IMG/VR virus record: IMGVR_UViG_3300032280_000431 | Span: 1 to 35,244 of that record | Length of the DNA: 35,244 bases | Strand: one strand, 5' to 3' | DNA from: a virus | Taxonomy: Duplodnaviria; Caudoviricetes | Part shown: positions 26,897 to 34,503 of the stretch, piece by piece | Numbering within the stretch: position 1 is the first letter of the stretch | Layout: every line of letters starts with the position of its first letter | Notes under the pieces: model-generated | Database searches by the model: none | The model's input: only the letters and a program-made list of their open reading frames with translations | Told to the model about the DNA's origin: nothing | Program-made: the position numbers and the translations under genes

Positions 26897-27565
26897 CTAT
26901 TTGCTAGATGGAATAAAATTAATATTAAATGCTATGCTAATTCGTTCTTCGTCTGTTTTGTTTTCGTGAGTCGAATGCTGCAACCATGCTGGGAATAATA
27001 CAATATCACCGTCCTTAGGAATTAATTCAACACTTTGAGGGGAACATCTGCCTTCGGGAAAATGGGCATTATAAATCATTAAATTTGGATTATTAAAACA
27101 GAGGCCGCCTTGCTCGTCGCTTACTCTAAAGTAATACACACCCGCGATAGTATAACCTGGATGCGAATGGTAATCGTGTTTAACACCTTTTTCGGCAATG
27201 TTAATCCACGAGTTCATGATTTTAAAGTTTCCACCTTTAAGATTTGGTACCACCGGATCTGGATTATTAATAATGGTGGTCCATTCTACCCCACTTAGAT
27301 ATCTATCTAATGCTTCGTATATTCTAGCCTCTAAATTTTTTAAATTATGCTTGCCAATTAAATCGTCAGAAATAAAATATCCACCTAACGGATTTTTTTG
27401 TTTTCTTTCGGCAGCATCTTTATATATGTACGACACATTTTCTAAATCGTCGTTGTCTTTGATATATTTTAAGGTCTTTTGAATTTCTAACTGGACTGCA
27501 TCGTAGTTGGAAATGGTTGCAGGATCTTTATATATAGGTGTAGGAAATAAGTACATTAATGGCAT
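26897..27565 (-). CDS. 2OG-Fe(II) dioxygenase, HxH type
   Basis: LFPTPI, NSWIN, HSHPGYTIAGVYY, FPAWLQH, RISIAFN. Confidence 0.88.
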   Translation of the reverse strand: MPLMYLFPTPIYKDPATISNYDAVQLEIQKTLKYIKDNDDLENVSYIYKDAAERKQKNPLGGYFISDDLIGKHNLKNLEARIYEALDRYLSGVEWTTIINNPDPVVPNLKGGNFKIMNSWINIAEKGVKHDYHSHPGYTIAGVYYFRVSDEQGGLCFNNPNLMIYNAHFPEGRCSPQSVELIPKDGDIVLFPAWLQHSTHENKTDEERISIAFNINFIPSSK

Positions 27566-27576
27566 AGCTGTTTCTC

Positions 27577-28098
27577 TTATAATAGTGGAATTAGACCAAC
27601 ACAGCCAGTATGCATGATAGGCTCAGTTGTAATATCATATCCTATAGTTATCCTTTCTCCGGAATACGGAGTTATCACTTTGACTCTGTGAGGTCGATTA
27701 CCTGGTCCAAAATAAATTTGTCCGGGTATATTATTAATAGAATACTCATTAAATTCAGTAATTGAGTGTTTTGGATCGATAGAGATATATCCGTGATAAT
27801 TCCATTGGTGATCATGCCAATCTAAAACATTGTCTACGGCATGTAGATTAACCCACGCCTGCATCCATAATCGTTCTTGAGGAATTTCTTCTCGAACAAT
27901 ATTTCTCAGTTCTTGAAATAAATTATAAAATTGTATCGATCCTGCGGTAATAGAAAATATATTATATTGATAATATAGCTTAGTAGTGTCTTGCCCAGAA
28001 AATATGTGTTTAACTTCTAAACATTGATCGATAAATTCTTGCTGATTATCAACGATATAAGAAGATTGAAATAGTTTATAATTTGTCATTTCTAACAT
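27577..28098 (-). CDS. 2OG-Fe(II) dioxygenase-like protein, HxH type (compact)
   Basis: AWVN..WHDH..HGYI..PHRV..RITIGYD. An alternative start at 28089 is possible. Confidence 0.75.
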   Translation of the reverse strand: MLEMTNYKLFQSSYIVDNQQEFIDQCLEVKHIFSGQDTTKLYYQYNIFSITAGSIQFYNLFQELRNIVREEIPQERLWMQAWVNLHAVDNVLDWHDHQWNYHGYISIDPKHSITEFNEYSINNIPGQIYFGPGNRPHRVKVITPYSGERITIGYDITTEPIMHTGCVGLIPLL

Positions 28099-28609
28099 AT
28101 TTTAAATTTACATTGCCTGCAATGGTAGTACCAGTATTTCCTGCTAATACATAATGTTCTAGAAAACTAGGAAATAATATCATTGTGCCTGGCCCAACTT
28201 TTGGTCGCCAATTAGGCGGAAACGCAGGAGCAAAATATCCCATCTGAACTTCGATCATTTTCCATGCAGGATTTAAAAATACTGTTCTTGAATGCTCTAC
28301 AGTTTCGTAAATAATAAAACTCCATTGCGCATCCGCATGTATGTGAACTTCTTGCATATTAGTTTCGTTGTAGACATTCCGCCATATTGCAGTTATTTGT
28401 GGATCAATATATTGTCCAGTTTCTTTTAAATTTCTTTCTATTACTTCTGCTAGATAATCATAGGAAGTTGGCTCAAGTTGGGGCTGATGCAGATAATTCG
28501 ATTTAACATCGCTAAAAAATGTTGGCTCGTAGGCAGTGTCTGTCATTTTGATTCTTGTTAAATCAACTTGATCAAAAAATACTGGTATTGGAAATAATTC
28601 AACTTTCAT
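28076..28609 (-). CDS. 2OG-Fe(II) dioxygenase-like protein, HxH type, lacking the canonical C-terminal Arg
   Basis: LFPIP, WRN, HIH..WSFIIY, FPSFLEH, then GTTIAGN. Confidence 0.78.
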   Translation of the reverse strand: MKVELFPIPVFFDQVDLTRIKMTDTAYEPTFFSDVKSNYLHQPQLEPTSYDYLAEVIERNLKETGQYIDPQITAIWRNVYNETNMQEVHIHADAQWSFIIYETVEHSRTVFLNPAWKMIEVQMGYFAPAFPPNWRPKVGPGTMILFPSFLEHYVLAGNTGTTIAGNVNLKYVRNDKL

Positions 28610-28610
28610 G

Positions 28611-30098
28611 CTATTCCTTATTCATTATGCTCTTTAAACTATATTCTGTTTTATAATATGGAAGATGACTTTGTTTGTTCAATCCAAATACAACTTCATC
28701 ACCGCCGATGCAATCAATATTAAATGCAACACTGATCCGTTGATCAGACACCCTGTTTCGTCGAGTGGTGTGAACCAGCCAACTAGGAAATAATAGAATA
28801 TCGCCGTCGTCGGGTACTACATCTACAGTAGCCGGACACAATCTGCCTTGGGGGAATTGACAATATAACATAGCAGGATTAGGATTATTAAATGATATTG
28901 CTCCTTGTTGCTCGCTTACTCTAAAATAATAAACACCAGAGATAGAATATCCAGGATGACAATGATGTCCGTGTTGATCGTCTTTATCCGCAATATTAAG
29001 CCAAGAATTTTTTAAAATTATAGTACGTGGTCCTTGCCATCCTATATTACTCATATACTCTTCGGCCGCCTCTAGTATTCTTGCCTTTAAATTTTTGCAG
29101 TTATATTTCTCAATAAAATCGTAGGTTTTTTTTGATATTTCAGTTTCTTTTGTACCTTTATACAAGTAAGACACAGATGTTGAGTCGTTGGTTTTCTCGA
29201 TGGTTTGAATCGCTGATTGAATTTCTAACTGTACAGAATCATAATTTTCTGGAGCGGCCGGTATCCGAGCCACTGGAGTTGAAAACAACTGATATACATC
29301 TATGTAGACATTGCTTCTAATTTTTGGCTCTAACCCCGTATCTAATAATTTATTATATTGCTCAAATAACAATGCATGGGCACGTTTTCCAGGGTGAGCA
29401 TTGTCGGGAAAATCTTCAGATTCGTAATCCAACTTTAGTATTCGATCAATATCGTCTAGCATTTTATTCTTATCTTCTACAGAATCTATACAATTTGGAT
29501 TTTCAAACAAATCTAAATGACACACCGCGTGTGTAAATGGTAATTTGATACCATGAATATCGGAGTGCCAATCTTCTATTAATAAATCCACACCACCGAT
29601 ATAGTCTCTAAACTCTTTGATAAACACCGGAGCCTGTCCGCCAATCACTATTGCACGGCTTTTAGTAAGATTAAGTAATTTTGAAAATTCTTTGTATGCT
29701 AATATTGCCAAGTCTTTAGATAGTTCGGGTATACTAAATTTTAATTTCTTTGAAATTAAAATTTCATCTTGATCTCTTAGAGATTCAGTATGAAACCAAA
29801 TTAGCCAATCAATTTTGATATTATTATTTTCTAAATAGTCTTTTGCAAATCGTATTGCTTCTAAATTGCTACCACCGTTTTTTGATAGATTTATAACATT
29901 GCTACCGGTATTCTTTAGCAAATATTCTATATGAGTTTCCGGAGGATCGCCGAGGTGTTGAAATTTTATTTCTACATTAGATGATATTTTTTTTATTTTA
30001 TCAATTCTATCGTTGATATAATTTGTCGGCGGGTAATTAGGAACACCCCAACTATCCCCGATAATCATAATATTTGTTGGTTTTTTTATATTAGGCAT
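28611..30098 (-). CDS. Fusion: N-terminal SGNH/GDSL-like hydrolase + C-terminal HxH 2OG-Fe(II) dioxygenase
   Basis: IIGDSWG, GGSN and DNAHP (SGNH blocks I, II, V). From about residue 266: LFSTP..HCHPGYSISGVYY..FPSWLVH..RISVAFN. Confidence 0.8.
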   Translation of the reverse strand: MPNIKKPTNIMIIGDSWGVPNYPPTNYINDRIDKIKKISSNVEIKFQHLGDPPETHIEYLLKNTGSNVINLSKNGGSNLEAIRFAKDYLENNNIKIDWLIWFHTESLRDQDEILISKKLKFSIPELSKDLAILAYKEFSKLLNLTKSRAIVIGGQAPVFIKEFRDYIGGVDLLIEDWHSDIHGIKLPFTHAVCHLDLFENPNCIDSVEDKNKMLDDIDRILKLDYESEDFPDNAHPGKRAHALLFEQYNKLLDTGLEPKIRSNVYIDVYQLFSTPVARIPAAPENYDSVQLEIQSAIQTIEKTNDSTSVSYLYKGTKETEISKKTYDFIEKYNCKNLKARILEAAEEYMSNIGWQGPRTIILKNSWLNIADKDDQHGHHCHPGYSISGVYYFRVSEQQGAISFNNPNPAMLYCQFPQGRLCPATVDVVPDDGDILLFPSWLVHTTRRNRVSDQRISVAFNIDCIGGDEVVFGLNKQSHLPYYKTEYSLKSIMNKE

Positions 30099-30153
30099 TT
30101 TTAAAATAATCTATTACAGCATGAGTTGGAAACATTCGGTACACATCGATCAT
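30091..30153 (-). other. 20-codon mini-ORF MIDVYRMFPTHAVIDYFKNA, resembling an oxygenase N-terminus remnant
   Basis: Its ATG overlaps the upstream TGA (ATGA), and it ends 8 nt into the next gene. IDVY..F.T matches residues 266-274 (IDVYQLFST) of the 495-aa protein. Confidence 0.5.
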
Positions 30154-31175
30154 AACAATCCCCTTACTGTATCTAATAATTTATTATAATTTTCAAACTC
30201 CCTAGCTATATCCGGAACACCGATTTCATTTTTTAACATAGCTAGTGCAAGATTTTTATTTTTATTAATTTTATGTTCTATAGCAATTCTTGCTTGATCT
30301 AGATCTAACATTTCAAATTTTGATATTTCTTTACATATTTTTTCTGCACGTATAATATGGTCTAATTCGTCGTCAAAAGAATAATCAAATATTTCTTCGT
30401 AAAGGTCAAATCCGTAATGCCTTAACCTATTGTGAAATCCCGGGGCTGCAAAACTCAAAAATGGTTTACCAGCTAAGATAGGATGCCATGTTTTTTCAGT
30501 GATGAATATATATTCAATTGATGTTTCTGGAACCAATATCATAAAAGCATTATTAAATTCAGCAGGCAAGCAATGTTGCATATCTATTCGAGCCGTATCT
30601 AACGGATCATACATAGCATCAATCGATGTTATTGTCGGGTTCCAATATTGCCACTGATACTGTTGATCACTCCACCCAGTGGGTTGATTGTGCCAGGAAT
30701 AATATCCCAATCGTAATAGGTCGTGTTTTGCTAACATGTCCATTAATAAACATCTATGGTAATGTGCTTTTGTATTAAACGATAAAAATATTTTTTTATC
30801 GAAGGTTGGCACAGACAGAGAGACCATAGATAATTTACTAAATGATCTATACAGGAAAAAATTAAACCAAGTGTGTACAGTACCTAAATCAGAATAATCA
30901 GCCACCACAGCAGAATCATCGGTACCGATTATAATATCTACAGATTTTAATTTTTTTAATTTTTGTTTAAATTGATCAAACATTCCAAACGACATCGGCC
31001 AATCCTCGTCATCCATAGGAATAGTTTTATCTATTAAGATGCTTGCAGGATAATATGCTTCTTCGGCGGAACATATGATTAGTGAATTATTTTTTGTCTC
31101 TGATAGAGTATCAACATACAACTCTAAGAAGTTGTTATCAAGAGGGTCGGACCATATGTGCCAATAATTTTTCAT
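30150..31175 (-). CDS. Putative glycosyltransferase (GT-B, GT10/fucosyltransferase-like motif)
   Basis: N...HYHR, LVPETS..FITEKTWHPILAGKPFL..L..YGF resemble the GT10 E(N/T)S..YITEK motif. Confidence 0.55.
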   Translation of the reverse strand: MKNYWHIWSDPLDNNFLELYVDTLSETKNNSLIICSAEEAYYPASILIDKTIPMDDEDWPMSFGMFDQFKQKLKKLKSVDIIIGTDDSAVVADYSDLGTVHTWFNFFLYRSFSKLSMVSLSVPTFDKKIFLSFNTKAHYHRCLLMDMLAKHDLLRLGYYSWHNQPTGWSDQQYQWQYWNPTITSIDAMYDPLDTARIDMQHCLPAEFNNAFMILVPETSIEYIFITEKTWHPILAGKPFLSFAAPGFHNRLRHYGFDLYEEIFDYSFDDELDHIIRAEKICKEISKFEMLDLDQARIAIEHKINKNKNLALAMLKNEIGVPDIAREFENYNKLLDTVRGLL

Positions 31176-31185
31176 TAGCAGTATT

Positions 31186-31947
31186 TTAGTTTTTTCTTTG
31201 CCACCAACTAAATGGGCATTTTTTACCAGGAGAATCTTTGATCAATCCCCAAGACTTATTAGGTAAGAATAATTTTAACAATGAATGATTTAATGATTTC
31301 CTCATTAACTTCTCTGGTATGTCCTGTCTTTCTAATTTTATATCTTCTAGATAATCATCTAAATTTTTAAAACGAATAACGCCCAACGGTTCCCCTCGTT
31401 TTATCATCGTGCTTTCATTATGAAACTTATAAGCAAAAAGAGATGGACGAAACCATCGACTAAAAGGAAACTCGCCTCCGATTAATTCAATTCCATGCTT
31501 GCCAAAATTATCCGGAGTAGGCAGAATTTCTAACCAAATATTTTTACAATCGTCGTTAGGCCAAAATATCAATTGCTGCTTGACCTGACCAATAGCAATG
31601 CCGTTGTACGGTGCAGCCGGCCGATGCACGGGCGGGCCATCAAATGATGATTGATGTATCCCCGGGGGATTTCCTTCGTCGAACGTACAGTACTTAAACG
31701 AATTGTTTTCTACAACACCGGTATTTTTATCATATTGTATTTCCATATCTAGTTGCGAAAAAAATACGTAGGCATTTTTAAAAGATTTCTGCCAGGCCGG
31801 ACATTTCCAATAATCGTGCAGTATGTGATGCTCTTTGTAATATTCGAGGTACGGGACTGGATTTATGTAAACTTCTTCTTCAAACAAGGGATGATCATAA
31901 GGAGCATTATACCCATCCATTTTTGGAGCAAAGAATACTGATTTCAT
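31186..31947 (-). CDS. Hypothetical protein (KCPA ... WFRP ... IKRGEPL family)
   Basis: 253-aa ORF packed in the operon. The C-terminal IKRGEPL is reminiscent of the dUTPase-like beta fold, but dUTPase catalytic motifs were not seen. Confidence 0.65.
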   Translation of the reverse strand: MKSVFFAPKMDGYNAPYDHPLFEEEVYINPVPYLEYYKEHHILHDYWKCPAWQKSFKNAYVFFSQLDMEIQYDKNTGVVENNSFKYCTFDEGNPPGIHQSSFDGPPVHRPAAPYNGIAIGQVKQQLIFWPNDDCKNIWLEILPTPDNFGKHGIELIGGEFPFSRWFRPSLFAYKFHNESTMIKRGEPLGVIRFKNLDDYLEDIKLERQDIPEKLMRKSLNHSLLKLFLPNKSWGLIKDSPGKKCPFSWWQRKN

Positions 31948-31948
31948 T

Positions 31949-32527
31949 TTACCAGGCCCAACTTACAAAACTGTATCTAGTGCCTTTAATTACTTCTTGT
32001 ATTGCATGTGGATATAAAAAACAACTAGGAAAAATGATAATATCTCCTGTTCGAGTTTCAATTTTGTGATCTTCAAAAAATGTAAGCCCACCACCTTCGT
32101 AGTCATCATTCAAAATACCAATCATAGATAGCACCGGAATACCCTTTTGATGGCCGTCGAAAAGAGAATGAATATGGTCGATATGCGGTCTCATCATTGT
32201 ACCAGCTGAATATCGATTCAATCTAATTCCACAACAGTTATGAACGGTTTTTATGTAATCTATCTCTGAATGCAAGGATCGGCAAGCAGTAAAATATTCT
32301 GCGAAATTTCCAACCACTAGTTCAAAAAGTTTCTGTGTGATAATTGGATCAGGAAATAGTACATCTAATTCTTTATCCTCGTAAGACATGTTTTTATCGT
32401 CTTGCACTACATACCATTGATGTTGTTGCCAGTGATCGTTAGAAGTTATTTCAATCATTTCCTTGCATAACTCTTTAGGAATAGCATTCTTTTGCACTAT
32501 AAAATCTGTCAGCTTAAATTCTTTCAT
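31949..32527 (-). CDS. 2OG-Fe(II) dioxygenase, HxD type (prolyl 4-hydroxylase-like); start revised to 32527
   Basis: LNRY..HID..LNDDYEGG..FPS.FLYPH..V..GTRYSFVSW. ATGA overlap with the upstream stop. Confidence 0.88.
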   Translation of the reverse strand: MKEFKLTDFIVQKNAIPKELCKEMIEITSNDHWQQHQWYVVQDDKNMSYEDKELDVLFPDPIITQKLFELVVGNFAEYFTACRSLHSEIDYIKTVHNCCGIRLNRYSAGTMMRPHIDHIHSLFDGHQKGIPVLSMIGILNDDYEGGGLTFFEDHKIETRTGDIIIFPSCFLYPHAIQEVIKGTRYSFVSWAW

Positions 32528-33183
32528 TGAAGATCCTTGATGGTTTGATGGTCGATGTGTACTATATTTCTTATTCGATCTGCCTTGAATAAAATATTTA
32601 GGCAGCATCGATGATTGTTTTCTTCTGGAGATAATCCTTTGTGTTTAAATGTTGAGGGAAACATCACAGCATTTCCCGGTACATGAGGAACGACAACTTG
32701 GTTTCCTGCAGCATCGATAATTACAGTACCGCTGTTTGGACAATGATTTAAATAAAATACAATGCTCCAATGATTAGTTTCATTGGAGTCAATGTGGATG
32801 GTCCCTTTTGAGTTTTGGTGATAATAATTCCAAAAATATCTTATAACTTCAACGTTTTTAAAAACAGGAGCAGTCCCTATTTCTGTATTATCATAACATT
32901 TTTGCAAACACAAATCTAAAATTAAATCTGCATAAAAATTTAATTCTCTAAAAGCAGTATCGTCGTTGTTATCCGACGAAAATCTAAAATTTCTTTCTTG
33001 AGTTTCGTAAGAACATACGATCATTCCGCTATCTGTTGCTTGATTTCCTTTTTGAAAAAGATCAATATCAACATTATCTGTAGCAATGGACCATCTAGAA
33101 CATTTTATCAATTTCTCATGTACTAGTCTAACTATATTTTCATCTAAAATTGTTGGAAGATGATTTATATCACTGAGATTCAT
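32524..33183 (-). CDS. 2OG-Fe(II) dioxygenase, HxD type
   Basis: HID..WSIVFYLN..GT..GNAVMFPS..KHKG..RCCLN. ATGA-coupled on both sides. Confidence 0.82.
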   Translation of the reverse strand: MNLSDINHLPTILDENIVRLVHEKLIKCSRWSIATDNVDIDLFQKGNQATDSGMIVCSYETQERNFRFSSDNNDDTAFRELNFYADLILDLCLQKCYDNTEIGTAPVFKNVEVIRYFWNYYHQNSKGTIHIDSNETNHWSIVFYLNHCPNSGTVIIDAAGNQVVVPHVPGNAVMFPSTFKHKGLSPEENNHRCCLNILFKADRIRNIVHIDHQTIKDLQ

Positions 33184-33806
33184 GATAAATTCATTTCAAT
33201 CAAACTTCCCTTGTTTGTTGCACCAATCGGGATTACATTAAACGAAACAGTCCATCTCCATCCCTCAAATGACTGGGCATCGGTATAGTGTGGTAGCCAA
33301 GAAGGAAATAATACCAGCGTTCCAGTGTCCGAAGGGCACGGCCATACGTTATTATTAATTTCGTGTGCGGTTGCTACTGACCATCCACTTCTTATTTGGT
33401 ATCTAGGATCTTCAAAAAATGTTGGACTTGGGTTTTCTGAAACATAATATATTCCTGAGATAAAACTATTGGGATGTACATGCATTCTATGAGCACCATA
33501 CTGATCAGATTTATTCCCCCAAGAAAGGATAATTTTAAATTTTTCGCAATGATACCGAAATGTTCGACGATAATCTTCTAAGCACACGTTGACCCAATCA
33601 TAGAATTCACTAAATGCAGTGTTATTTTCTAAATGATTATCTATGGTTTGAAATGGCTGTGGGTTACCTGGAGTCAATTCCAATTTCTCTAACTCTTCAA
33701 TCAACTTCTTATTCATTGTTTGAAAATTTGGATTATCGTATCCCACTATGCATGTAGGAAAAATATTTGCTATTTTTTTTGGCAGCAAATTTCTAGGGTT
33801 ATTCAT
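33180..33806 (-). CDS. 2OG-Fe(II) dioxygenase, HxH type (start 33806 or 33812)
   Basis: IFPT, SWGN, HVHPNSFISGIYY, FPSWLPH, RWTVSFN. AAGGA spacing favours ATG 33806. Confidence 0.88.
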   Translation of the reverse strand: MNNPRNLLPKKIANIFPTCIVGYDNPNFQTMNKKLIEELEKLELTPGNPQPFQTIDNHLENNTAFSEFYDWVNVCLEDYRRTFRYHCEKFKIILSWGNKSDQYGAHRMHVHPNSFISGIYYVSENPSPTFFEDPRYQIRSGWSVATAHEINNNVWPCPSDTGTLVLFPSWLPHYTDAQSFEGWRWTVSFNVIPIGATNKGSLIEMNLS

Positions 33807-33828
33807 AAACATCCTTGAGTTATCTGCG

Positions 33829-33835
33829 TATTTAA
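33829..33835 (-). promoter_or_regulatory. Late promoter core TTAAATA driving the minus-strand oxygenase operon
   Basis: The minus strand reads GATTAAATACGCAGATAACTCAAGGATGTTTATG. Confidence 0.55.
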
Positions 33836-33866
33836 TCTCTATAAGATTAACTCAATAGGTATTTGA

Positions 33867-34118
33867 CTACGCTGATCTAAGTTTCGAATCTAATTTTTTT
33901 CTAATAGATCCAATTTTATCACGCATTTCGTTGCCCATAGTAGGCAACTGTTTGGCATAGACCATGTCCACATACATGTTGTCCATGTTTTTAACTTCGT
34001 GGATGAGGTCGTTAAGCAGACGTTTGGCTTCTAATTTATCTTGCTCTTGGGTTATTTTTTCAATAGCCTCGTTGTATTTCTTTACATCGTTTTGAAATCG
34101 ATCAGCTTGGTGTAGCAT
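33867..34118 (-). CDS. Hypothetical small helical protein
   Basis: 83-aa K/E-rich ORF overlapping the upstream gene end. Confidence 0.7.
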   Translation of the reverse strand: MLHQADRFQNDVKKYNEAIEKITQEQDKLEAKRLLNDLIHEVKNMDNMYVDMVYAKQLPTMGNEMRDKIGSIRKKLDSKLRSA

Positions 34119-34491
34119 TTTTTATTAACTCCATAACAGTTTCTATTTTTACACGTATTACTTGATTATTTAATGTGGTGCGCAGTCCTGAGTGCAATTG
34201 TTTGGGCAAGCAATCTAAATCTGCCCAACATATAGTCATTGATGCCAGAGTCAAAAACTCTTGATCGACCACGCACACATATGTGCCATATTCAAACCCT
34301 CGATCTTCAGATAGATACAGTTCAATGGGAACTATACGGCCCTGTGAGTATTGATTTAACAACTCGTCTGCATCTTCTAGGAGGCTGTTACTGCGCTGAA
34401 ATGTAGGCACAGTCCACCGCTCTGCATCTAGTATCAGCAGTATACGACCTGTGGTCTTAGCTAAGAATAATAATCCGGCACGCTGTTGCAT
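34102..34491 (-). CDS. Nudix-fold-like protein with degenerate Nudix box (start revised to 34491)
   Basis: AGLLFLAKTTGRILLI..W.VP, F.Y.TY..VV..EF and W....LP..LH.G flanks resemble phage Nudix proteins. GX5EX7REUXEEXG is absent. Confidence 0.55.
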   Translation of the reverse strand: MQQRAGLLFLAKTTGRILLILDAERWTVPTFQRSNSLLEDADELLNQYSQGRIVPIELYLSEDRGFEYGTYVCVVDQEFLTLASMTICWADLDCLPKQLHSGLRTTLNNQVIRVKIETVMELIKNATPS

Positions 34492-34496
34492 GCCAG

Positions 34497-34503
34497 TACT
34501 TAT
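34497..34503 (-). promoter_or_regulatory. Variant late promoter core ATAAGTA, 5 nt before ATG 34491
   Basis: The minus strand reads GATAAGTA-CTGGC-ATG; the TAA is the upstream stop codon. Confidence 0.45.

Noticed and set aside
31949-32608. ORF-track starts at 32608 (also 1284, 3458, 34527)
   Set aside because: They imply long overlaps or a start inside a terminator. Downstream ATGs (32527, 1305, 3515, 34491) fit ATGA coupling or promoter spacing.
24323-33806. TET/JBP- or AlkB-type DNA modification role for the oxygenases
   Set aside because: The motifs fit Oxy_3/Oxy_5 types, and there are no methyltransferase, kinase or thymidylate-synthase-like neighbours in the window. Not formally excluded.
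33832-33850. 7-bp inverted repeat TTAATCT-N5-AGATTAA overlapping the island promoter
   Set aside because: It is very AT-rich, single-copy and too weak for a terminator. It cannot be distinguished from chance, although an operator is not excluded.
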